The position numbers were made by a program, and so were the translations under genes. The notes under the pieces were generated by a model that did not search any database, was not told the origin of the DNA, and saw only the letters and a list, made by a program, of their open reading frames with translations. A stretch of DNA of 64,000 nucleotides, taken from positions 434,001-498,000 of the forward strand of contig CM061253.1 of NCBI GenBank assembly GCA_022605425.2, written 5' to 3'. Source of the DNA: Hamiltosporidium tvaerminnensis FI-OER-3-3 (lineage: Eukaryota > Fungi > Microsporidia). Below, one piece after another: positions 14,036-25,889 of this stretch (position 1 is its first letter; each line of letters opens with the position of its first letter).

Positions 14036-14338
14036 TTAATTATACAAGAGAAAAACAGGATAGGAGTTAATCAGATCTAAGGAAATGGTTAGAGTCACGG
14101 GGTTCTGGAGTCGTTTTTTGCCTTTTTCAATATTTGATATAAGCCTCGGAACATCTATTTCTTGCTTTAGTTTGTTTAACCGCGAACTATTTAGGTTATT
14201 TTCTGAGTCATTGTTGTTATAATTTAAATCCAATTTGTTTTGTGTACGTGTAGATTTACCATAAAACGTAAGAAGGCAATATACGTCCATCGAAATTGCA
14301 AAACCTATGTAATAGAACAAAGCAAGAATAGAATTCAT
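14036..14338 (-). CDS. Hypothetical small secreted protein (possibly truncated)
   Basis: ATG start and signal-peptide-like N-terminus MNSILALFYYIGFAIS; no other support. Confidence 0.3.
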   Translation of the reverse strand: MNSILALFYYIGFAISMDVYCLLTFYGKSTRTQNKLDLNYNNNDSENNLNSSRLNKLKQEIDVPRLISNIEKGKKRLQNPVTLTISLDLINSYPVFLLYN

Positions 14339-15113
14339 AGTTACAAAATTAAAAATAATATTTGTTTCAATTTAAATTTGAAATTAAAAATATTTTTGAG
14401 GATTTCTAAATTTTCTTCCAACATTAAAAATTCATATATCTTTATTTTTATTTTATTAAATAATTTAAAACGAATTAAATATATGTCGCCATGCATATTT
14501 TTTAATAGCTCGCTTCTTTCTTATGTAAGAAACACAATCTAAAATGAATCATAATTTTTCAAAAAAAAACAGGTTTTCCAAAATTATTTTTCTTTGGATT
14601 GGTTAAGTTTTCAGCCCAACGCAACCATGTAATGTTTAAGCAAATAAATTTTAAACTAAAATCAATTTACATATTCTCTTAAAAAACCAATTTTTGACTT
14701 TTTATAGTTTTTGAAATAAACTATAACGTTATTCGAAAAGATTTTACACATCTAAATTTCTCTAAATCTACATTGTAGCAGAATGAATGTATATGTGGAA
14801 CAGGAGGATTTCAATATAAAATGAACTTATTTGGTTGGTTTGCCAACAAATCACGTAAACTCTTACAATAAACCTCCACCCATTACCGATCGATTACTTA
14901 ATATTTTATTTAGAGATTATTTTTTATAATTTGTACTTGATAAAAAAAAATATTGTATTTCTTTCTACATAAATAAAAAAAGTAAATTTGAACGACATAT
15001 ATTCAAAAGATATTAATTGATAAAATTCGATACTAACTTAGAATATAATATAGCAAATTAGGTTTGTCGTAAATTATTTTTATAATAAAGTAATTTGAGA
15101 TATACATTTATAC

Positions 15114-16950
15114 AATAAAATTCTGGGTTAACAAATTTTGTCTTTTAAATAATTATTTTTACTATTTCAACATCTTCCATCTTTTCCTCTAAATACGAGT
15201 TTTCATTTGCATTAATTGTATTTCTCTGCTGTGGTTTTGCTATCTAAAATAAGAGGTAAAAGACTTTTTCTAATTTCCGTTTTAACACCATCTTCCTCGT
15301 TGTCTACTCGCTTTAAAGGATGTGTTGGTTTTTTATGCATCATAGCTCCTTAAATAACACGTAATGATGCCTTTTCCTAGCTTCTTTGGCATTTGGTCCG
15401 TATTCAAGTCCTCATCGTCGACCAAAAGAAATTTTTTCGACCGTCTTTTTGAGTAGTATAGATTGTATACCTGCCTCTACATTCATGGGTATTTGTAGTC
15501 TTTTAACAACATCTTATGGTATTTGTTCCAATACCGTTCCAAGTCATCACAAAAGGAATTATCTCTATACTACATTTATGAACGACGGCAAACTTATTTG
15601 CTAATAGTTCGTACTTCTAAAGTTTCTCCTTTTCAACTATTTGAAAAGGTTTTAGTATGGGATTCCTGCTTTAATGAGGGTTATCTTATTCTTCCTCTTA
15701 TCAATAATAAATATGTCGGGTCTGTTATTCCGATTTTCAACATCTATTTTTATTCTAGTGTTCACTTTTACCTCTGCATGCTCATTATCAAAAAATTTTT
15801 CACACCGAGGGACTCATAATTTGTTTTAAAGACTTGAATTAATATTTATTTAGTAGGAGTAAGTATTTGCATTGTGCAACTTCATTATGTGGTCTAGTAT
15901 AGTCACTCCAAGTATTTTCTCACATCTTGTTGCTAAGTAGTCTACCGTTAGACAGATTTAGTTGCTGCGTGTGAAATACCTTCGGCACTCCGGCAATCTA
16001 CTTCTATCCTATATAGAACAGAACACTGCTTCATCTGGTTGCCTTACACTTCCTTTCTTTAACCCTCTTGAAGAGTCATTTACACTTACCAGCTCGTTAT
16101 TACTAGCTTTATAACATCGAATGTAGTTTTCGGTTTTCGATTTCGTTATATAGGTTAGCTAGTTGAATTCTTCCAAATTCTTCTTTGTGACTTCTTCTTC
16201 CAACTCGTATTTAATTTTTAAAAAGTTTTTTTTAGTGAAAAGTGGGTTTTAATATTATTTTCAACCTTTAGGATCGCTGCTCTTCTGCTCTTCTGGTCGA
16301 TGTATTTTTATGTTTTTCAAGACAATCCAAGTGTTGCAAAAGCATATTCGCTTTAAAAGTCTACACTATATAAACTTCTTCATAGTTCTTTATGAGGAAG
16401 GTATAGACGTTATTTCATCCTAGGCGTAGATGTATTTACTCTGTACTGGCAGTGCACGCACTGCATAATCTAACTTAAAGAAGTCAGTTGTTCAAGGCAA
16501 GGTACTTCTATTTGGCAGTGGGTGGACGATATCGGATGTTGATATTTTGCAGAAAATAATTTTTTAGCATTCAATTTTGTTGCGAAAAAGTTTTTCTACT
16601 CGTGCTTTATGTTTTATTGTACTTCCTCGTACGACATACTTCTTAAGATTCCTCTGCTATATTCTTTTGTTCTTGAGTATTTTTAAACACCTTTTCATTG
16701 AAAAGGAGTGGCTGTATCTTCACAATACGGGTTTTTTGTAGCCGATTTCTCTTTGTTTATTTCTAATCGTATATTGTTCATTCACCTCTTCCGTCATTTC
16801 CTATAATGCTTGTTCATCTTTTTCAGGAAGCAGAGATCATCAAATAATAATATTATTGGCCGCACGGGATTCTGCATCTGTCTTTATTGTCAGCTTTGGG
16901 TTTTTTTCATTAAGCTTTCGGCTCCATAGATCAATACACAATAAAAAGAA
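15114..16950 (-). mobile_element. Degenerate 5'-truncated copy of the R4-like LINE
   Basis: AATAAAATTCTGGGTTAA at 15114 is the reverse complement of the LINE 3' end. The reverse complement encodes decayed SRKLNEK, LLFIDD, AAILKVENNIKTH and RPDIF segments. Confidence 0.88.
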
Positions 16951-16989
16951 ATAAATACAAAAATTAATACAAAGAAAGAAAATATTTGG

Positions 16990-18905
16990 GTTTTTTTATG
17001 AAGAAGTTGTAATAAAAGAGAATTTCATGGTTTTCTACATTTTTTAAACAATTAATAATATTTTTCATCATTTCAAGTCAAAAAATATAATAACAAAAAA
17101 TAATAGCATATTTTTTTAGAAATTGATATAGTTAAGAAGTTACCAACATGTAATAAATTCAGTTAAATTTATTGGAGAAATAATCAATAAAAAGACCAAG
17201 TGTTGTCTCTTATTTAGCTTTCAACATTTTTGTATATTTTATTTTAAGAAATGTTTCTTCAAATAGATAGATTTTGTTAAAAGCGTAAATAAAACTATGA
17301 GAAAATGCATGAACTTGGTGTAAATACGAAGCTGAAAGACTCTTATCAAATTCAATTAATTTTGAATTCAATTATTGTTTTAAAAAGCATTTGTGCATTG
17401 CATATCTATTAGTTACAATTAAACTCCGGTACTAGCCTTTCAAGATCAGCCGAAAAGAGATTTAAAGAATTTAAATATGATTTTTTTGCAAAATGAAACA
17501 AGAAAAACTACATCAAAATATATTTTCAAAGTATCTAAAGTTTTTATTACAGGTCTTATAAACAGCTTCATTTTTTTTTACTAAATATTGCGCACCTATT
17601 AAAATGAATAAGACATTTGTTCGAGCCTTCGCGTAAAGAAGACTATTTTGATAGAATTTTTAAATATGATTCAAAATTCGGGTTCTGTCTTTTTTTATTT
17701 CTTTGAGATTTAAAATTATAATGCTTCAATAATTCAGTTAAATCCGTACAAAAAAACAACTTCCATACCCATTTATTGCTTTGTGAATCAGAAAGAAGCT
17801 GATTCATTTCAAAAAAAATTTCAATGATTGCAATAACTTTAAAACTGCATATAAATGTTTGTAGAGCAAGTTAGCGAACTGAACTAGTCTGTTGTAAATT
17901 ATATTCGGAAATTTCCTAAATTTACTCACGTAATTGACGAGTTTTAAGTACGTGCAATTCTATATAGTTGAAGGTTAAATGACTGGTATATAAGCTGTGA
18001 CATTTCAAGTATACTCCATATAACGATTTTTTAGAAATAATAAATGTATTATAAATGATTTTGAATATACGTAATTTCCTGATTGAAAATATAAGAGTAA
18101 CTAAAACATATTTTCCTCGCATTATATCTTTCCTTATTTAGTTGTAATATAATTTGAATATCACCTTCTATGATTTTTCGACTTAATCAAAAATATCTTG
18201 TCTATTGGCCGTGCTTTGAATACTAAAAACATCTAATGGTTCTTTACAAACCTTCTATTTGTCAATAAAATTTTCGAATAAAATAAATTTTCAGTAATAT
18301 TTGAAATGTCATTTAGCCCATCCAAAGCCAAATAAAACATATCCGAGGGTCTAATTTATATCGAATATAATGTCCATAACTCTTCTTGCTACTGTGTTTG
18401 GAGATAAACAAATCATTTAAAATGTATTGAAACCTTCAAGGCAATATCCTCAAGATTTCTTCTTTGATACGATTTGAATAATTCTAGTTCTTTAATTAGT
18501 TTACCATGTTTCCCAAAAAATTATTGTTACATAAAAATTTTATGTAGCTTACATCTTGTCCAGCTCTTAATTTCTATAATAAATTATATTGAAATTTACG
18601 TCCTCGTTTTAAAGCTTGAAATTTCGTTCCTAAAATCTACAGACTATTCCGAGATTCAGAGAATGATTAGTTTAAGAAGAAGCATTTGATACTATTGATT
18701 CGCGAGATATGTAGTTTCCTCAGACAAAAATTGGTAGTACTAAATAAAGCAAAAACAACACCACTTCTGTTTTTCCTTTCTGTATTCATTATCTATTTTG
18801 TTTTTGTCGGTACGAATATTAAGTTAAATTAGGGAAATAAGAAAATACAACGCATTAGCTAGAGAGAATATCAAAATTTGTTTATGAAATGCAGGTTTGT
18901 TTCAT
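16990..18905 (-). pseudogene. Heavily decayed pseudogene, probably of the same secreted LRR-like family
   Basis: ATG near 18905 followed by a hydrophobic segment (KQILIFSLANALYFLISLI after a frameshift) and coding-like composition with many stops; boundaries approximate. Confidence 0.35.
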
Positions 18906-19783
18906 GGTAATACGCTCTTAATATTTTAAAAAGAAAGTTTATGTTTTGTCGAAGCCTTGCCAATCAAAAGAGGACATGTCTCTGAGACTCCTACCTTTAA
19001 CGAAGCTCTAATTCCCCGTGGATTGTATTCCATCCATGCAGAAAGAAACAACCTAATATAAAAATAAAACGAGATCACAGTAGGGTACACCACTAGATTT
19101 TAACTAAAAAAAATAAAGGAGCGTTTACTTAGCAGTTGAAGAACAACTAACACAACGTAAAGTTCATAAAAGAAGTGATCTTTATATCTCATAAGACCAA
19201 AGCCACAAAATTTTTTTTTGATAATTTAATATTGTAGAATAATTTCTATTGCAGGTAATGATAAAAATCTGTTTAAAAAATAACTAACCCATAATGCTAT
19301 GTTATTTTTTTGATAAGCACGAACAGCCTAGCATATTAATCAAAACCCCAGACTTTAGATCTGAAAACCAGAAATATGAAGCCAAGCAGGAGAGAATGCA
19401 TTTTATTTATCATAGGGTTAAATACTAGTCGAAATGCGTAATCGTAAGTCAATTAAGAATTTATAGAAAACCAGTCTTTAGTGTCCTTTTCTTGTTAAAT
19501 CATCCAAAAAAAAACGTCATTCTGATGCTATGGGTTACCATTCATTTTTAATCAAATATAAGAATAAAATAAAAACCACCTAGCTTAAGACCAATGGAGC
19601 AAGTGTTAAAAGAAATAAAAGAAAAAAAAAACATTCGCAAAGATATTACTTTTTTTATAAGAAAACAGCAAAAAACCCTTAATTCTGGTTTTTTTATAGT
19701 ATGTTTCGTGTAAGATATACACAAATATTTATCTTCTTCTTACTATTTTAGAAAAATATTTATAGTATTTTTAAGATTGTGTC

Positions 19784-20714
19784 GAGAATAACACTTTTAA
19801 AAACAATCTGATGAAATTTGTATTTGAAACATGCAAAAATGATATCTAAAGATTTTTTTTAGAATGATAATTACACTTAATATTCGGTATTTTATAAAAA
19901 ACTATAAAGAGGAAAAAGTCTACAAAATGCAAAAACTTTTTTCAAAAAGCATAGTTTGTATTTTTTTTTATAAGTAAAATGAAGCAAACGATTGAACTTT
20001 ATGATAATTAAATTGTATAAGCATAGAGACCTAGCCTTCCTCCTTTAGATTAGGAGAAAGGGAGACAAAGAAACGCAGAAAAGTATATATTTTATAGAGC
20101 TTGTAAAGCTAGTTTCCCCCGCAATGCCGGGAAAGAATTGGCTTAGAGTATACTCTGCTTGTGTAAGAGGCGACTAAAAAGGACCGGTCCACCGGTTTGG
20201 ACTTAAGGCTAACAACTCACCTTTTAAAACCACACTAATAATAAACTTGAAAAAGTAGAAAAACCAATGAGCGGTATTACAGAAGGACGGCCAAGGCTCG
20301 TGCAAGGGTGAATTTTGATGATAATTTGTAACGCCACTTACTAGGATATACCTCTTGATATGACCTTGCAGCGTCTGGTAAACTTTAAAAACTTCCAAGA
20401 TATATTTTAGCTGAAAATTTATCAGTTTCCGTTTCATTAGAGTGATAAGAGGGATTTAAAATCCTGGGAGAACCCAGGTTTGATTTGGTCTTGGAAACAC
20501 TAAAGCAACAAAAATTAACAAACTTTAGGCACTTTCCCTGTTTGTTTATTGAATTTTACTGATTTTTGGATTAAAAGGTTTATAATTTATGTTACTTATT
20601 GAATAATGATATTTTGATAAAGTACAGTCGTGAGTAAACCTCAAAACTGTGTCAATATCCAAAAAAAATATGAAATATGCTACCTGTCGAAAATTATGTT
20701 AGTTTTTTAAAGAA
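19784..20714 (+). mobile_element. Diverged full-length copy of the ~720-nt structured repeat, carrying an RTE-derived insert
   Basis: Colinear matches to the family: AAGCATAGAGACCTAGCCTT (20019), AGGATATACCTCTTGATATGACCTTGCA, CCTGGGAGAACCCAGG, TAAACCTCAAAACTGTGTCAATATC. Confidence 0.75.
20090..20325 (+). mobile_element. Bipartite RTE-derived mini-element (RTE 5'UTR fused to RTE 3' end)
   Basis: 20125-20230 matches the reverse complement of 28851-28957 (contains GTAAGAGGCGACTAAA and GGCTAACAAC RTE-type 5'UTR motifs). 20268-20306 matches the reverse complement of 25908-25945 (GCCAAGGCTCGTG). Confidence 0.8.
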
Positions 20715-22101
20715 AGATGAACTATCTAGCAGTTGTTAAAAAAGTAATTATCAAGAAAAGTGATGTCCCTCGTTCTTTCTAGTCCAATTTAAAATATTTT
20801 CAAAACATGAGCATCTTTTATGGTAAATTAAACCTAACAATATAAAAGTAAATCATAATAATATTTTAAAATTCCTAATCTTTTTTATGCTTTCTTTAAA
20901 AATAATCTTTAATTTGTTTACATTTCGGGCGATTTTTGCTCTTTGGTTACTATCCATCTAATTTTTGGCACAAAATAAACAATTGTTTTTAAAAAAAATC
21001 ACTTAAATACAAATATTTAGAACTTTTTAGCTGTCTTTACATACAGAGACTTGAATTAATGAATAAAGTGTTTTTTAATAAAAGATAGTATTCTGAATAT
21101 ACGAATAAGTCTATTAATACTTCTTAGTTTTACAAGGCAAATTATATATAATAATTATAATAGCGAATATTTTTAATGTTTCTTCGTTGACATTCTTATC
21201 CCGTTTTGTTTGGGTTTTCTGTGTATTTTATAATCGTATTTTAAATTTCTCTTCACAAAAATCTTCGAACGCTAACAAAAGCATTTAAAATTTTGTTTAA
21301 AGTAACGAATCTTACTTCTCGAAAACATGTCCTAATAACATTTATAATTACTGAATTGAAATTAGCTCAAGAAATGTAATTAAACAAATATAAATTTTAT
21401 AATTTATAAGTGTGAGTAAACATAAAAAAATACTTTTAATATATAAACAAAATAGAAAAATCTTAGTAAAACTAGGTCATTAAAAAAAATATTAAAATTT
21501 TGTTTAAAAATATATTTGGTACACTGTCCATCGACGTATTACATTTATTCGTTAAATTTACGTTTCGAGAACAAACAATTTATATTCGTACCTTTTTTAA
21601 CTTTCTTTACTTTTTTATACCATTATTTGCCATACGTTACAAAATCAAAACAAAAGAAAACTGTCATTTTAAGAAATATCATTCTTATTCTAAAAATAAT
21701 CAAATCTTAGTATTTTTTATTGAGAGAAATTCTGCAAAAAAAAAGAACTTAATTTTTGTTTAATTAGTAATATAAAACTTAGCTGAAATCTAAGTAACAG
21801 TCAATAATTGGTCTTTCACTACAAATAACAATCGAAAATCAAAAGAAATATTCGTTCATTTAAATTCTAAAAATAGTATTTTATTTCAATAAAATTTGAC
21901 GTTTAGAAATACAATAATTGTTCATACTTACACCTTTTAATTTAAAAACTTCTAAAACATTTTATAAAATTTTAATTAATTGAGATTGATAGGGCACTTC
22001 ATTTTTGACGGTTTATGAAAAAAATCAAAATTATTTTAACTAAGAACTAAAATAGTAAATTGATTTTAAAACTATAAATACGTATTTTTTTTCTAAAATT
22101 T

Positions 22102-24425
22102 ATGAAATTTAATCTGTGCTTCAATCTCATAACGTTATTATACAAACCACTTATTTTTGTGTTTCTCTATTATTCGAGTGAAAGCGATTTTATATTTAAT
22201 GTTGTAAATGAAAATGAAGAGTCGTACATAGCTTCAATTAATAATGAACTCAAACTCGAATGTCTATGTCAAATCAAAAAAGATGAGACTAATGAAACTG
22301 ATGAAAAAAACTGTTTAGAAAGAATGCTTGTCAGAAATTCAAATAGGCAATATGAACAGTATTGTATAGAATTTATTGAGAGAATTGGTCTTAAGTTTGA
22401 TATATTCGAAAATTTTAACAAAATGAACAATAATATAGAAATATATCTCTGTCATCATATAAAGAAATCTGATTTTTTAATATTCTATAAGTTTATAATT
22501 TCATATTATTTTCCGGTACATAAAATGACAATTAAGAAGTTTTACACAATATTGTACTTTTTAGAATATTTTAAAGTTAAAGATGATAATAAATAGCAGA
22601 ATGTGATAAAATCGATTCTGTATTCTTTGGTTGAGTCTGATGAAATGCAAATTTTTGATATGGAAAAAGAATTGTTTCATTTTACCAGGCAAGACTATTT
22701 TTCACGGGATTTAGTAAAAGAAATCTTACAGATATTTTGTAAACTACTGGATAACGGAAAAGATTTAAAATTTTCGTTTTTTATAAAAGAATATGAATCT
22801 TATATTTCTGATGAATATAAAGGGTTATTTACAGAAGATATAAAGCATATTTTAGCAATTAATGACGAATTTAATACATTTTTTTATAAAAAAGTGGTTG
22901 TGAATCATAAAAGTCAATGTTTATTTTTAATGTTTCTAAATACATTAGATATAAAGTATTTGCATATAAAGTATTTATACAGAGCGAATTCGAAGAGTTT
23001 TTGTTTTATTTTACAAAATTTAAACAAAAGAATCGATGAGATTGTATTCTTTTGGTGTTACATATCTGATGATGTCATTTGTTCTCTAAATGCAAATTTA
23101 AATTTTAAAAATTTAAAAAGGATAGTTTTTATTGAATCTAGATTTGATACAATTTTCATATTTACAGAGCATTTAAGTAATATAGAGGAATTTATATTTT
23201 ATGAAAACAATGATGATGAAAGATATACAGTTCCTTAAATCAAAGAAGGGGATCTTAATATAGCAAAGTTTATAATACAAAGTCTGAAGCCTATACACCC
23301 ACAAAATTCCATCGAAAAATCTATCAATAAAAAATAAAAAATACCAAAAGAAAATAAAGATTTCTATTTAAAGTTACTTAATGAAGACAAATTTAGAGAT
23401 AAAGTTAAAATCATCGAATATTTTGAATGCATAAAAAAGAATTTGGATGTCAAATGTTTTTATGAGTATAAAGGGTGTTTTAATAATATTTCAATTACTT
23501 TCAAAAATTTAAATGAGAAACAGTTTTTTACTACCGAAAATACTATTTTAGAAGAAAATATAAAGTGTATTGAAATTACATCTTCAGTAATAAAATCTGG
23601 TTTTCTAAAAGATATTTTCAATATTAAAGGGCTAGAAAGATTGGAAATAATCAAATCAGATATCTTTATTGAAAATGAAATTTTTATAAACGAATCTATA
23701 AAATATTTTAGATTCTCCAATAACAACAGTGGTGGTTTTTGTAGTTTTTTCAAGTTGATAGATATGATGATAGGTCTTCAAGAAATATACTTTGCTAAAA
23801 TAAACACTATAAAGTTAAACCGTTTTGTAGATCAAATTTTTTATATTACAGAGTTGATTCTTTTCGATATTTATAGAATGATTGATTTATTAAAACTTCT
23901 AACAAATAAACAACAATTTGATTTTATAGCTACAAATAAAGATAAAGCAAATTTTAAATTATCTTCAATTCCAGTAAATTTTTTGTTTCAAAACTATAGA
24001 ATGTGCGGTATAAAAAAACTAAGTGCCAGAGATTTTTCTATAGGTAATTTAAATGTAAAAGCATTTAGTAATTTATTGAGTCTAAAAGAATTAATTTTTT
24101 TGCGAATTAATTTTCAAAAAATGAGTTTTTCAGAATTATTTTGCGCTAACCAAGAATATAAAATAGAAAGAATGGAGTTAGTTGAAATAAATATATCAGA
24201 AAAAGATTTAATATTTATTGCAAATTTAAAGAAAATTAAAGATATACTATTTAGATCATGTGATATACAGGGAAAGGCTTACCATTGGATAAAAATTTTG
24301 TTTAATAATGAAGGTTATATTGAACTGAAATATATGTTGAAGCCGATAATTTAGCAGCAGAAACTATGAAATTTATTGAAGAGAAAGTTAATAAGAAAAT
24401 ATTGTTACAAAGTAGGGGGAGTTAG
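22102..24425 (+). pseudogene. LRR-like secreted protein family pseudogene (about 770 codons)
   Basis: One frame from ATG 22102 interrupted by TAG 22594, TAA 23236 and TAA 23335, plus one frameshift near 24332. Signal-like N-terminus; LRR-like motifs (LERLEII, FSNLLSLKELIF, LKKIKDILFRSC). Confidence 0.8.
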
Positions 24426-24867
24426 GGCTTTGAAAAGATTTAAATAAATTTGTGCCTTTTAAAATTATATGTAAATTATAGGTTTTAAGAATTTTAATAA
24501 AAATTTTACGGTATTTTTCATTTTTAGTCAATATTTAGATTTAATCTGTAGAAAAAACAGAAGTATGGATATAATCAGTTTTCTAATACAAAATATTATA
24601 ATTTTTTATCAGCTACTTCTTTTCAATATGTATGACACACAGTCTATATGTGAATTGGAGCTTTGTTACCCTTTTTAAGGTGTGTCTCATGAAACTTTAC
24701 GGGCGGAAATTAAACGGTCTGTAACCAAAAGCAAAAATTTCTCATTCATAAAATACATAATTTACTATTCGTAATAAATATGTTCGTCGTTTGGAATTTC
24801 TAATATATTGACGCTTTATTTTTTTGTAGGAACTCAATGGTTTCATTCTTTTTAAAAAAATAATTTA

Positions 24868-25090
24868 TTTACAGGTGGATGTGAGATAATCACATATAAA
24901 TACAAGCCACTGCTTGGTAACTTGTATGTATGGGTTATAAGGAAATTATTGTTTCGATTTTGTCACGAATGATAAACAGGCTATATCTTTGCCATTTTCA
25001 TAAAATTTGTATGAGGAAAAGATGAACTGCAAAATTGTGTGGTTTTTTTTATACGAAAAAGTTAGTAGTTTTTTATGTGGTTATTCTCCC
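24868..25090 (+). repeat. Head-only diverged copy of the structured repeat, bounded by inverted repeats
   Basis: GAGATAATCACATATAAATAC...CTGCTTGG matches the family 5' end. It ends GTAGTTTTTTATGTGGTTATTCTCCC, the reverse complement of the family 5' terminus. Confidence 0.65.
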
Positions 25091-25389
25091 TAAATCCGTA
25101 TAAGCAATCATCTATATTAAACATAGAATTTCATAATGTCATAAAAACAATATAACACATGTCACCGTTCAAAATAAGTAAACATCATAAAAAAAATAAA
25201 AGATAAATAATGAAATAATAAACTCTGAGATATAAATTAAAAAAAGAAAGGAAGAACCAATGAATTAACGCTCTTTACTAACACATATTTAATCTCATAA
25301 TCTATTCATTTAACTTTCTTATTAACTTCCTATATGGTCTCACCAATACCTAATAGGTCTCATACAATCCCAATACCTCCCTTCTCTCT

Positions 25390-25885
25390 CTCCTAAAGTC
25401 AACAACAACCTCAGGAAAGTTATCACCATCAATATCAAACGGACACTCTACATCACAGTAAATAACCCATCACCTTCTTTCTTAAGACACAATTCACGTA
25501 TAAATTTTTCTAAATAATTTTTAAACCTCTCATAATCATAAAACGTACAAAACACAACAGTATCTCTTATTGTTACCATACTTATATCTACATTCCACAC
25601 CCTTTTAAAATATTCAAATATTTCAGATAATTTACAGTCATCAAAGACAAAGCTATTCCAAATAGTAAAGGTAGTAGTATTAGTATTAACGGGTGTGAAG
25701 TATTAGTATTAACAGGATGTAAAGTATTAGTATAGGTAATAACACCCTTATAACCATCTATAGTATAACTAACACCCTATAATCTTTTACGTTTAATAAC
25801 ACCTTCTAATCCACTACAGTCAATATCACCCTTATGACTACTGCCTCCATCCATACTATCTTTCTTATTATCTTATACTTTATAT
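25390..25885 (-). pseudogene. UBA1: 3' fragment of ubiquitin-activating enzyme E1 (C-terminal ubiquitin-fold domain)
   Basis: Reverse complement reads FTIWNSFVFDDCKLSEIFEYFKRVWNVDISMVTIRDTVVFCTFYDYERFKNYLEKFIRELC...DVECPFDIDGDNFPEVVVDF, the E1 UFD pattern. It is preceded by low-complexity LEGV/HPVNTNT inserts and contains a stop and frameshifts. Confidence 0.75.
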
Positions 25886-25889
25886 TGAT

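Noticed and set aside
19808-19830. Hammerhead-like CTGATGA...GAAAC
   Set aside because: Stems I and II cannot be formed and the motif is absent from other copies of the family.
22102-24425. Stop-codon reassignment or readthrough, suggested by three in-frame TAG/TAA stops and a nearby eRF1
   Set aside because: eRF1 motifs are canonical, the conserved genes end properly in TAA/TAG with no internal stops, and the same gene also has a frameshift.
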